Shown piece after piece: positions 39,531 through 47,897 of a DNA stretch of 64,000 bases; positions within the stretch are counted from its first letter, which is position 1, and each line of letters opens with the position of its first letter. The translations under genes and the position numbers were made by a program. The notes beneath the pieces are model-generated. The model saw only the letters and a program-made list of their open reading frames with translations, had not been told where the DNA came from and did not search any database. This DNA comes from Candidatus Culexmicrobium cathedralense (GTDB lineage Archaea; Thermoproteota; Methanomethylicia; Culexarchaeales; Culexmicrobiaceae), in NCBI GenBank assembly GCA_025061115.1, contig JANZKC010000001.1, forward strand, positions 704,001 to 768,000. The letters run 5' to 3'.

Positions 39531-40320
39531 GCTTCGCAGCTTCAAAATTCATGAAATCTACTCAACCATGAGGCTGCCTCCAACCACTCCATTCATAGTT
39601 AGGTGCGACGGGCGGAACTTCAGAAGCCTCTGTAGCAGGCTGGGTTTCAAGAAGCCATTTGACGAAGACTTTGCTAAAATCATGGTGGCTGCTGCAAAGG
39701 CAGTCTTCAACTCAGGCTTTAACCCCACCCTAGCGTACATTCAATCAGATGAAATCAGCTATCTATTCACCAAAGAGCAAATATTTAACAGAAGACTTGA
39801 AAAAATTCTGTCCATAATTCCAAGCTTAATTAGCAGTAGATTTACTCTTGAACTATCGAAGATTAAGGGGGTAGAGGAAGTAGCTGCATTTGATGCTAGA
39901 ATAGTTGCTTTAGCGGAAAGCGACATCGTTGACTACTTTGCTTGGAGGCAGATGGAGGCCTGGAGAAATCACATAAACGCGTATGCCCTCCACGCTCTAA
40001 TCAAGAGGGGGATGACGACAAGTCAAGCAGCAAAAAAGCTGTATAAAATGAAGTCTCCGGAGCTTCACGACTTAGTCATGAAGGAGCTTAACGTAAACTT
40101 GGCGAAGACACCTGCATGGCAGAGAAGAGGCATAGTGTTGAGGTGGCGCGTCGTAGAGAAGCAGGGAATAAATCCAGTTACTGGTGAAGCCTCACTCACT
40201 ATTAGGAGGTGCTTAACTGAAGATTGGGATCCGCCGCTCTTCACCTCACCCGAGGGAAGGAAGTACCTTGAAGAGGCGATTTTAGCAGCCGAAAAAGAAA
40301 TCAGCAATACAAGGGATTAG
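39523..40320 (+). CDS. Thg1-like 3'-5' nucleotidyltransferase (tRNA-His guanylyltransferase family)
   Basis: VRCDGRNF, YIQSDEIS, FDAR, YFAWRQMEAWRN and PAWQRRG; GTG start overlapping the maf stop. Confidence 0.9.
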   Translation: MNKLRSFKIHEIYSTMRLPPTTPFIVRCDGRNFRSLCSRLGFKKPFDEDFAKIMVAAAKAVFNSGFNPTLAYIQSDEISYLFTKEQIFNRRLEKILSIIPSLISSRFTLELSKIKGVEEVAAFDARIVALAESDIVDYFAWRQMEAWRNHINAYALHALIKRGMTTSQAAKKLYKMKSPELHDLVMKELNVNLAKTPAWQRRGIVLRWRVVEKQGINPVTGEASLTIRRCLTEDWDPPLFTSPEGRKYLEEAILAAEKEISNTRD

Positions 40321-40329
40321 ATTCATGAG

Positions 40330-41451
40330 TTGGGAATTATGTACTATGCTTTACGTCCAGATTCATTATTAGTTTGGAGGAATGAGGAAGTTAGAGATAG
40401 GCTTTCATGGTACTATGAAGTTATGAGAGATAGGAAGCCTGCGAAGTACTTAATTTGCAAGAGAATACCAGTGGAAGTCAACTTAATTGAGGCTAGCGAG
40501 AAGGAATTGTGGAGCGAGCATGCGCGAGCAGCCGAGAACTTCAGGAAAGTTTTCGACGATATAGTTGAGGGAAAGAAGGAGCTTAACAGCTTACCTAAGC
40601 CCAAAGTGAGCTTTCTGGAATTAAAAATTGAGCTGGTTAAGAGGATGCTAACCCACTGCAACTTCTGCGAGAGGAGATGTGGAGTTAATAGGGCTAAGGG
40701 GGAGAAGGGCTTCTGCAGATTAAACTCCAAATCCTACGTGACATCATGGTTCCACCACTGGGGAGAAGAGGCGCCCCTAGTACCTAGCGGCACCATATTC
40801 TTCGGCTCATGCAACTTCAGATGTGCCTTCTGCCAAAACTACGACATAAGCCAGCTAAATCCATATGGAGGAATACAGGTTAATCCGGAGGAGCTTGCGA
40901 AAATCCAAGCAACATTGCGAAGGGAGGGCGTGAGGAACATCAATTACGTAGGGGGAGAGCCAACGCCAAATCTCCATACCATAATTGAGTCCCTGCGCTA
41001 TCTCGACGTAAATGTCCCCCTACTCTGGAACAGCAACATGTACTGCAGCGTGGAAACGGTAACCATACTTTTAGAGGTAATAGACATTGCTCTTCCAGAC
41101 TTCAAGTACGGCGATAACTCCTGTGCCAAGCGCCTATCAGCCGTAGACAACTACTTCGAAGTTGTTTCTAGAAATCACAAGATGATGCACGACTACGGAA
41201 TAGACATGATAATCAGGCACCTAGTAATGCCAAATCACGTAGAGTGCTGCACCAAACCGATTTTGAAGTGGATAGCTGAAAACCTTCCAAGAGCGCTGGT
41301 CAACATCATGGGGCAGTATAGGCCTGAATACCTAGTTGCATGGGAGCCGGAAAGATATCCAGACATAGCGAGAAGGCCAACGCGCGAGGAAATGGAGCTT
41401 TCCTTTAAATACGCTGACGAGCTTGGAATATGCTATAAGCCAGTTTCTTAA
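40330..41451 (+). CDS. Radical SAM protein, PflX/COG1313-type
   Basis: CNFCERRCGVNR, HWGEE, SGTIFF, CNFRCAFCQN, GGEPT, DFKYG and IRHLVMP. Confidence 0.88.
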   Translation: MGIMYYALRPDSLLVWRNEEVRDRLSWYYEVMRDRKPAKYLICKRIPVEVNLIEASEKELWSEHARAAENFRKVFDDIVEGKKELNSLPKPKVSFLELKIELVKRMLTHCNFCERRCGVNRAKGEKGFCRLNSKSYVTSWFHHWGEEAPLVPSGTIFFGSCNFRCAFCQNYDISQLNPYGGIQVNPEELAKIQATLRREGVRNINYVGGEPTPNLHTIIESLRYLDVNVPLLWNSNMYCSVETVTILLEVIDIALPDFKYGDNSCAKRLSAVDNYFEVVSRNHKMMHDYGIDMIIRHLVMPNHVECCTKPILKWIAENLPRALVNIMGQYRPEYLVAWEPERYPDIARRPTREEMELSFKYADELGICYKPVS

Positions 41452-42035
41452 ATTCTTAGAATTTCAAATGCCAATTTCTCGCTTGAATCCGGAAGGCATG
41501 TCCCCTCACATGAGAAAGCTAGCAATTTCGGCTTTAACTGGCAGAGCCTATTCTCTCTAACCCAGAAAATTGCGTTGGACAACTTTGCAACTACATGATG
41601 AAAGTATGGTAGGGGGCGCCAGCGCCCTCTAATGTAAGTGCATTTAATTGGGGCGACTAAAATCAACCTGTCAACGCCGCAGGAAAATGCGATTGTTGTA
41701 AGAACCTTAAGCTCTCTAAAAACTAGTCTAGACATTGCAGCCCACCTAGCTTTAACCGCATACCCCCTAGCGATTGGAGGAAAGCGCCTTGACATTGAAA
41801 GGTATCGGCGGAAGGCATTATAAAAAATGCATTTAACCTTTGAGAAAACGCTTGATAAACTGTACAAGTAGCTTATTGAGGGCTCGACAACTTCCAGGAT
41901 GAAGGCATCCTCCCCAGCCATGGCGAATGGAGGGCTGTCAACTATTAGTAAGCTGGGCTTCCATTTGCAGGCCAATGCTCCAACTACCCTCTCGAGCTTT
42001 GAGCCATACATCGTCACAACTTTCCAGCTGTTCAA
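41448..42035 (-). CDS. Putative inactive RecA-fold (RadB-like) protein
   Basis: Element order resembles RadB (VVTMYG, CIFYNAF at Walker B, RELKVLTTIA..LILVA, RPLPYFHHVVAKLSNAIFWV) but there is no GxxxxGK; follows RadA and SWIM genes. Confidence 0.5.
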   Translation of the reverse strand: MNSWKVVTMYGSKLERVVGALACKWKPSLLIVDSPPFAMAGEDAFILEVVEPSISYLYSLSSVFSKVKCIFYNAFRRYLSMSRRFPPIARGYAVKARWAAMSRLVFRELKVLTTIAFSCGVDRLILVAPIKCTYIRGRWRPLPYFHHVVAKLSNAIFWVRENRLCQLKPKLLAFSCEGTCLPDSSEKLAFEILRI

Positions 42036-42057
42036 CTCAATTTGACACTTGAGCGCG

Positions 42058-42453
42058 TCAGAGATCCAGGAAGTCGTAAATGCTCCTCTCCTTAATCATC
42101 CTCCAGAGAATTACGCTTCCAACATGCGTGCATGTCTGCTTCATCCTACTTGAGGCAAACAGCTTCTTAGGGTCATAGCAGGTGCAGTTATACAGCCTTC
42201 CTCTCGGGTGGAAGGTAACTATGTAGAATGCCTCCCGATCCCCTAAGCTCGCTCTACCTCGCACTATCCACATATTTGGTTTGGGCGCTGGAGATACATC
42301 GATCAATCTGAGCTTGCAGCGGTAAAACCAGGACTTGGGCTTGCCGCTAAACCTCATTTTAAACCTCTTAAGCGCAGCTCTAAGCTGGCCGGCTGAAATG
42401 CCTAGCTTAACCAGCAATGCGATGTTCTTCAAATCTCTATTTTTATAGCACAT
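42058..42453 (-). CDS. SWIM zinc-finger protein
   Basis: YIVT...YNCTC-x15-CTHV; probable ATG at 42453 overlapping the RadA-paralog stop by 11 nt. Confidence 0.85.
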   Translation of the reverse strand: MCYKNRDLKNIALLVKLGISAGQLRAALKRFKMRFSGKPKSWFYRCKLRLIDVSPAPKPNMWIVRGRASLGDREAFYIVTFHPRGRLYNCTCYDPKKLFASSRMKQTCTHVGSVILWRMIKERSIYDFLDL

Positions 42454-43426
42454 CGACAAGCCCCTTATCTGAAATCCCAAATATCGCGAATGATCCCCTT
42501 TCAAGGTAGGGGCTATCCTCCACCACTACTTTTCTAACTAGGATGCGCTCACGCTTCGAATGGTGAGGAGCCATGAATAGCCTATGGGTTGTGCCGTGAG
42601 CCACCACATGGCCTCCTGCAGCAGTAACTCCGCCTCCAGCCACCGGCCTAGCCACTACATGATTTGTCGCGATGACATAGACATTATACATCATCGCCAC
42701 CCTAAGTAGGAAGTTAAGCATGTAGTTGAGAGTTTGCTGCCTAGCTACCAGCATCTCCCTACCCCTATACTCTGCTCTAACGTGGGAGATTAAGCTGTCA
42801 ACAATCACCAGCTTAACTCCCTCCTCCTCAATGCACTTTGGAAGCATCGTTCTTATGCAGTCTATCTGCTCATCAACGTTCATTGGCTGAAATAGCAGGA
42901 CTCCAGATAGTGGATCTTCAATGCCGAATTGCTCTCCAATCTTCGCAATTCTACCTTCAGAAAAGGTGCCTTCAGTATCTATGTAGAAAGCCTTTCCGTC
43001 GGCGCCGCCCCTATTCAATGTCAACTGAACAGTAGTTGAAAGCTGAAAGCACAATTGAGACTTCCCAGTTCCATACTCCCCCACAACCTCATAGATGCAT
43101 CGGGGCTCCAAGCCTCCTCCCAAAAGCTGATCTATTGACTTGACGCCAGTGGTTAATCTTGGAAGCTCGCTGCGCATGGAAGCATATTCTGAAGCTCTAA
43201 TAACCTTCTGCGGCCTAAATGCCTGTCTCACTCTCACTAGAGCCCTATTTATCCTCAAATAATCATCCGCGTCAATGTACATCAGTAGCTCGTCAAGCCC
43301 ATATAACGCCAACTGCCTTGGAGTTAAAATTCCAGCCTTCCGCAACTTCTCCGCAGTTGCAGGCCCCACCCCAGGAATGTCTTCAAGCTCCTTAAAAACC
43401 CCGTCATCAAAATCCACCACCTTCAA
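42443..43426 (-). CDS. Full-length RadA/Rad51 paralog
   Basis: HhH LEDIPGVGPATAEKL, GEYGTGKSQ, YIDTEGTF, LVIVDS and RAEY.GRE.L..RQQ.LN; FxxA replaced by VIRA, TNQ by TNH, L2 shortened. Confidence 0.9.
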   Translation of the reverse strand: MKVVDFDDGVFKELEDIPGVGPATAEKLRKAGILTPRQLALYGLDELLMYIDADDYLRINRALVRVRQAFRPQKVIRASEYASMRSELPRLTTGVKSIDQLLGGGLEPRCIYEVVGEYGTGKSQLCFQLSTTVQLTLNRGGADGKAFYIDTEGTFSEGRIAKIGEQFGIEDPLSGVLLFQPMNVDEQIDCIRTMLPKCIEEEGVKLVIVDSLISHVRAEYRGREMLVARQQTLNYMLNFLLRVAMMYNVYVIATNHVVARPVAGGGVTAAGGHVVAHGTTHRLFMAPHHSKRERILVRKVVVEDSPYLERGSFAIFGISDKGLVDVL

Positions 43427-43763
43427 TCACCCCCAAAACCAGCTTTTTCAAAAAATTAAGGTGAAGGATGACCTTGTCAAGCTCAGAAACTAAATCCTCA
43501 AGGGAGCTGCGGGAAGAGATGGAAGACAGGTCTTTAAGGGCTTGAATCAAGGAACTCACTTTAAATTTATCATAATGCTCCTCGAAGAGAAGCTTACCTC
43601 CACCCCTACCTACTTCAGATCGCTTATGCACAAGAATTAGCTCGCGCCTGACACCCCCACTTCTCATCAACCTGTAGTTAGCTATTATGAGCCCCTTTGG
43701 GGAAGCCATAACCACGTGGCTAAAGCCCCTTCCATCCCTATGCCATCTAATCCAACTACTCAA
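43407..43763 (-). CDS. Small basic hypothetical protein (beta-rich N-terminus, helical C-terminus)
   Basis: Overlaps both neighbours; TTG at 43763 preceded by GAGGTG. Confidence 0.6.
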   Translation of the reverse strand: MSSWIRWHRDGRGFSHVVMASPKGLIIANYRLMRSGGVRRELILVHKRSEVGRGGGKLLFEEHYDKFKVSSLIQALKDLSSISSRSSLEDLVSELDKVILHLNFLKKLVLGVIEGGGF

Positions 43764-45105
43764 AAACGCCACCTCTAAAGCTCGAATACTCATTTAATGC
43801 TGCTATGCCAGACGGCGTAATTCTAAAGTAGTATTTTCCATCCCTCCCAACGACGTCTGTAATAAAGCCGTAGGCAGAGAGCACTCCAATCATGCGTTGC
43901 GCTTCCTCGCTGCTTAAACCTAAAACGCCTACAGCGTATCCCATGATCGTATCTCGGTCGGCGGCTCCCTGAAGTAAGAATGAAAGTATTTGCGAAGCGA
44001 AGTCCGCCGCTCCCCTAAATATTTTCTGAAGAACAGCTCCTACCTTCGGCTTAGCAGGCTTGATCTTTTCTTCAATTGAAACTTGAACCTCTGGAAGCTC
44101 CTTAAACCTGAGTTCAGCGATCTTAACTTTACCATCGTGGAAAACGAGGAAGGAATCCCTTGAAATGCAAGTTACATGCTCCCATCGGAAGGTAGTTGTG
44201 GGAAAGACTGCTGATAGAGCTTCAAACTCCTCCCTTGAGCGTGGAAGGCTGGAGAAGGCACATTGAAGATCTAGTCTAGCTCTAACTGCAAGTAGTAGTG
44301 GGCTCCTACATGATAGAACTGCCAATCCACTCCTCGACCGCCTTAAAGTGTTCAGGGTGAACAGCGTTCGCTCAAAAGCTAAAGCATACTCCTCCCGCAA
44401 AGCCCTCATGAGGCCCGGCATCAGCAGATCTGACTCCTCAACCACCATTACCATGTCGCTCTCATCGGAGAATTTCAAGAGAAGTAATGTTGAAGCTAAA
44501 ACCCTAAATTCCCTAGGCAAGTGATGGACATCAATTACGAGTAGAGGCGCATCCGCGGAGCTTAACTCCATGGAGCCGCTAAACGATGATCCAATTCGCC
44601 CATACGTCAAGTTGTCGAGAAGTCTTAGAAGCCTATAGCTAAATGGCCTGCTCGACGCAATTTGAGATTGCGACTCTACTTCTAGAATTACATCCTCCAC
44701 GCTTGGCTCATAAACTCCTCTAGCTATAAGGCGAGCTAGGGCTTGCTGCAAAAGTCTAGCCGAGGACTCGCTTATGTGAAAGCTCAACTTGAAAGCTTCA
44801 GCAATTTCGAAAGCTCTAATGTATGGGTCGGAGAGGGACAAGTCGAAGGGAGCGATGGAAGCATTAAATCCAAGGCGAAGCACTTTGCAATTATTGAAGA
44901 AGAAGCTTAAAGCTGAATACGCTCCATAAGCGTCAATCACCATGACGCGGCTCCAATCAAGCACACCCAGCACTGAGGCATTAATTTTAACTCTATCACC
45001 AATGGGGCCAAAAGTGCCTATAATGCACTTGCCAACATGAAAACCTGAGAGAATTGACCTCAAATCAACTCTTTCAAGAAACCTAGGAATAACCACCAAG
45101 GCCAA
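43756..45105 (-). CDS. Degenerate HerA/VirB4/FtsK-superfamily ATPase with C-terminal winged helix
   Basis: VMVIDAYGAY, IAPFD, PSVEDV, LVIDVHHLP, MVVEESD and LRRSRSGLAVLSCRSP occur in HerA order; Walker A eroded (GTFGPIGDRVK); wHTH LSAYGFI...YFRITPSG. Confidence 0.7.
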   Translation of the reverse strand: MALVVIPRFLERVDLRSILSGFHVGKCIIGTFGPIGDRVKINASVLGVLDWSRVMVIDAYGAYSALSFFFNNCKVLRLGFNASIAPFDLSLSDPYIRAFEIAEAFKLSFHISESSARLLQQALARLIARGVYEPSVEDVILEVESQSQIASSRPFSYRLLRLLDNLTYGRIGSSFSGSMELSSADAPLLVIDVHHLPREFRVLASTLLLLKFSDESDMVMVVEESDLLMPGLMRALREEYALAFERTLFTLNTLRRSRSGLAVLSCRSPLLLAVRARLDLQCAFSSLPRSREEFEALSAVFPTTTFRWEHVTCISRDSFLVFHDGKVKIAELRFKELPEVQVSIEEKIKPAKPKVGAVLQKIFRGAADFASQILSFLLQGAADRDTIMGYAVGVLGLSSEEAQRMIGVLSAYGFITDVVGRDGKYYFRITPSGIAALNEYSSFRGGVFE

Positions 45106-45496
45106 CCAACCTCCAAATGCAAGTGATTTTCATCAAAATCGAAATTGCTATCAAAGGCGCGGCGGAAGCATAAGCCCCACTAAGTAGGAACCCGCATGTA
45201 ACCGCATCAATTAAGAAGGAGCAGAGTAGAAGCCTTTTCACTTGCCTTACAGCTCGTGGAGGAAAAGGCAAGGAAAGCTTCCTAATATCGAATAGAGCTT
45301 TCAACTCAGGAGATGGAAATACCACTCCATCCCGCTTCTGAGCATAATTACTTTGTAAAAGCACATTCAACGCATCATCCAACCCCTCACTTGAAATTAT
45401 AAATGATGGGAGCATCCCCCTAACAAGTAAAGCTATGGAAAGAGACTCTACATCCTCTCTTTGACAAATATCACCAGCTTTACCCCTGAAAATCAA
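45083..45496 (-). CDS. Hypothetical protein with C-terminal TM hairpin
   Basis: Two C-terminal hydrophobic helices; overlaps both neighbours. Confidence 0.6.
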   Translation of the reverse strand: MIFRGKAGDICQREDVESLSIALLVRGMLPSFIISSEGLDDALNVLLQSNYAQKRDGVVFPSPELKALFDIRKLSLPFPPRAVRQVKRLLLCSFLIDAVTCGFLLSGAYASAAPLIAISILMKITCIWRLVGLGGYS

Positions 45497-46074
45497 AGCT
45501 CAACACCTCGAAAACTAGCCGTTAGTAGAGCGTTCACAAGCTCTTTACCTTCCAAAATCCTAACCTCATTGGCAGGTATGGCCGTGGCCAGCGAGTTTAG
45601 AATGCCAGTTATTATCGATACTGCTTCATCTTTACCTTTAATAGACGATGATGTGCGTGGGCAAAGGAGGTATAGATCTCCATGCGCCTTACTCTTTACA
45701 TAGATGAGCGAGTAATCAACTGGAATGCTCTGTAAAAGCCTTTTTAATAATTCTTCATCTTGAACCTCGCGAAAAGCTACAGCTCCGGAAACTGAAAATC
45801 CCCCTAAACCTACTGAGGAAAGAGCAACATAGCCGAGCACGGCCAACCTCATACTGATGTCAAAAATTGCTTTTTGGAGGTCTCTCACCTTTATTTTCTT
45901 GAAAATTATAGTTTTATGGATGTTATACTTCTTAACTTTATGCTTTTTACTTCTATTTTTAAATTTTTTAATTAAATAATAAGCAAGGATAAATAGTAGC
46001 AGTGTGAAGGCGATGAGGGGCAAGTTTGCTACAAGCAAGATTATTGAAAGCAGCACAGCCACGCTGCCAAGCAC
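45493..46074 (-). CDS. Hypothetical N-terminally membrane-anchored protein
   Basis: About 35 hydrophobic N-terminal residues, a Lys-rich stop-transfer stretch and an alpha/beta domain ending RILEGKEL. Confidence 0.65.
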   Translation of the reverse strand: MLGSVAVLLSIILLVANLPLIAFTLLLFILAYYLIKKFKNRSKKHKVKKYNIHKTIIFKKIKVRDLQKAIFDISMRLAVLGYVALSSVGLGGFSVSGAVAFREVQDEELLKRLLQSIPVDYSLIYVKSKAHGDLYLLCPRTSSSIKGKDEAVSIITGILNSLATAIPANEVRILEGKELVNALLTASFRGVEL

Positions 46075-46123
46075 GCCTAGACCCCAGCCTAAAGGGGGGC
46101 GATGTAGAAGTTAAGCATGCTTC

Positions 46124-46165
46124 AGCTGTTCGCCGAATAGCTAACGTTCGATGAGAAGCGAACAG
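46124..46165. promoter_or_regulatory. Putative operator in the divergent promoter region
   Basis: AGCTGTTCG-C-CGAATAGCT near-palindrome (8/9) at 46124-46142, plus a further half-site GCGAACAG at 46158-46165. Confidence 0.4.
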
Positions 46166-46876
46166 TTAATTGCCAGTGAAATTAGTTATTTGATTGAAAA
46201 GGAAGCTGGTGGAAAGTTGAATAGTAGCATAGAGTTGAAAGCCGAGGAACTAAGGGTATTAGCGGATAAGACAAGGCTGAAAATACTTGCATTGCTTAAG
46301 GAGCGGAGAGAACTCAGTTTAAATGAAATTTCAAATTTAACTGGAAAAACTAAGTCTACTATTTCAGATCACTTGAAGCTTCTGATGAAAGCAGGATTTA
46401 TAGATAGAAGAGGAGTTGATAGAGGCTACTTATACTTCTTGACTGAGAAGGGGGAGGGAGTTCTTCCACTAATAGAAGATAAGCCGTACAAGATTGAGGC
46501 TGTGGAGGAAGGCATGGGGAAATCTGAAGCTTATGGTTTTTTGGCTGATGCCGAGGAATGGCTGGAGAAGGTTAGCGGCGGCAGGAGACATGTGATACCC
46601 TCAATCATTCTTGGGCTTTCAATGATCGCATTTGGGTACATGCCGTTATCCGCAGTGGCAACGTCATTGGCTTTAGGGCTGATCTTAGGGTTATTAAACG
46701 TTGGCGGTCACGAATTCATCGAAAGCTCGCTTTTATACGCGATCTTCGCTACCCTATCAGCCATTTTAAGGGAGGGAAATCTCGGCATGATACTCACGAT
46801 TCTACCCTCCCTCGCAATATTCATTTTAGTCGGTGGAATTGCGTGGATGGGGGTTAAACTCATAATTCAGAAGTAA
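46151..46876 (+). CDS. ArsR-family wHTH regulator with C-terminal TM domain
   Basis: LADKTRLKILALL, KSTISDHLKLLMKAGFI and YFLTEKG, then about 4 TM helices; true start may be TTG near 46217. Confidence 0.85.
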   Translation: MRSEQLIASEISYLIEKEAGGKLNSSIELKAEELRVLADKTRLKILALLKERRELSLNEISNLTGKTKSTISDHLKLLMKAGFIDRRGVDRGYLYFLTEKGEGVLPLIEDKPYKIEAVEEGMGKSEAYGFLADAEEWLEKVSGGRRHVIPSIILGLSMIAFGYMPLSAVATSLALGLILGLLNVGGHEFIESSLLYAIFATLSAILREGNLGMILTILPSLAIFILVGGIAWMGVKLIIQK

Positions 46877-46898
46877 GTACTGTAGTGTGGGGTAGAAA

Positions 46899-47096
46899 GT
46901 GGTTAGAATATGTCCGGAATGCGGCGGAGAAATGATCTTTGACAGGAGCAGGTATGCTTATGTCTGTAGAACTTGCGGCTTAACCCTAACTAGATTTGAG
47001 CTGGACAAGTACAGGGATAGGAAGGGCTCTAGGAAGGAAGATGAAGATTCTTGGAAGAAGGAATACCTGAAGTGGTGGTTAAGCTCTAAAAAGTAA
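46899..47096 (+). CDS. Small zinc-ribbon protein
   Basis: CPECGG...VCRTCG with C-terminal YLKWW. Confidence 0.75.
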   Translation: MVRICPECGGEMIFDRSRYAYVCRTCGLTLTRFELDKYRDRKGSRKEDEDSWKKEYLKWWLSSKK

Positions 47097-47107
47097 GGCG
47101 ATGAGCA

Positions 47108-47887
47108 TTGCTGCCGCGTCTAAAGCTAGTTGAGATTATAAACATAGGTGAAGAGCTGTTAATAGGTAGGGTGGTTAATACAAATGCGGCTTGGCTAGCT
47201 AAGAGAATAACTGAGCTTGGCGGCAGAGTTAGGCGAATAACGGTTGTGGGCGACGATATAAATGAAATATCTTCAGCAATTATTGATGCGGTGAGGAGGA
47301 AGCCTGACCTCATAATAACCACTGGCGGGCTTGGGCCGACATTTGATGACAAAACCATGGAGGCGCTTGCAAGGGCTATTGGAAAAACCCTCAAATTAGA
47401 CCCAAAGGCATTAGCAGCTCTAGAGGAGGCATGTAATAGGAGAGGAGTGCCGCTGGATGAGAATCGAAGGAAAATGGCTTTGATGCCTGAAGGAGGAGAA
47501 GTCCTGCCAAACTCGGTTGGATTAGCTCCTGGCGTAATAATTAGGTATGAGGGCGTGACTATAGCCGCTCTCCCCGGAGTTCCTTCTGAAATGAAAAGCA
47601 TGTTCGATGAAAATTTGGCAGACATGATTTCAGGAGGAAAATTTGTTGAGGCTGAACTGCGAGTAGAGGGGGTTTATGAGGCTGATCTATCCCCAATTCT
47701 AAGTAGGGTAACCGAGCTATTTCCCGAGATATATGTGAAATCGCACCCCCAAATTAGGGGAGGCAAGCCGCTTATAATTCTGCATTTATATGGTAGGGGA
47801 ATAACACTTCAAGAATTGAATAGGACATGTGAAAGCATCACTGAGATGATTTCAACATTGGGTGGAAGAGTAAGTCGAGTGAAGTAG
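47108..47887 (+). CDS. CinA-like molybdopterin-binding-fold protein (archaeal, no PncC domain)
   Basis: IGEELLIG..VNTN, TTGGLGPTFDD, LAPG, LPGVPSEM and YVKSHP. Confidence 0.88.
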   Translation: MLPRLKLVEIINIGEELLIGRVVNTNAAWLAKRITELGGRVRRITVVGDDINEISSAIIDAVRRKPDLIITTGGLGPTFDDKTMEALARAIGKTLKLDPKALAALEEACNRRGVPLDENRRKMALMPEGGEVLPNSVGLAPGVIIRYEGVTIAALPGVPSEMKSMFDENLADMISGGKFVEAELRVEGVYEADLSPILSRVTELFPEIYVKSHPQIRGGKPLIILHLYGRGITLQELNRTCESITEMISTLGGRVSRVK

Positions 47888-47897
47888 AGGTGATTTC

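Noticed and set aside
47108-47887. CinA-like gene as part of the RadA-paralog system (bacterial cinA-recA linkage)
   Set aside because: Opposite strand and embedded in a housekeeping run with the GPN GTPase and acdB; the proximity is probably coincidental.
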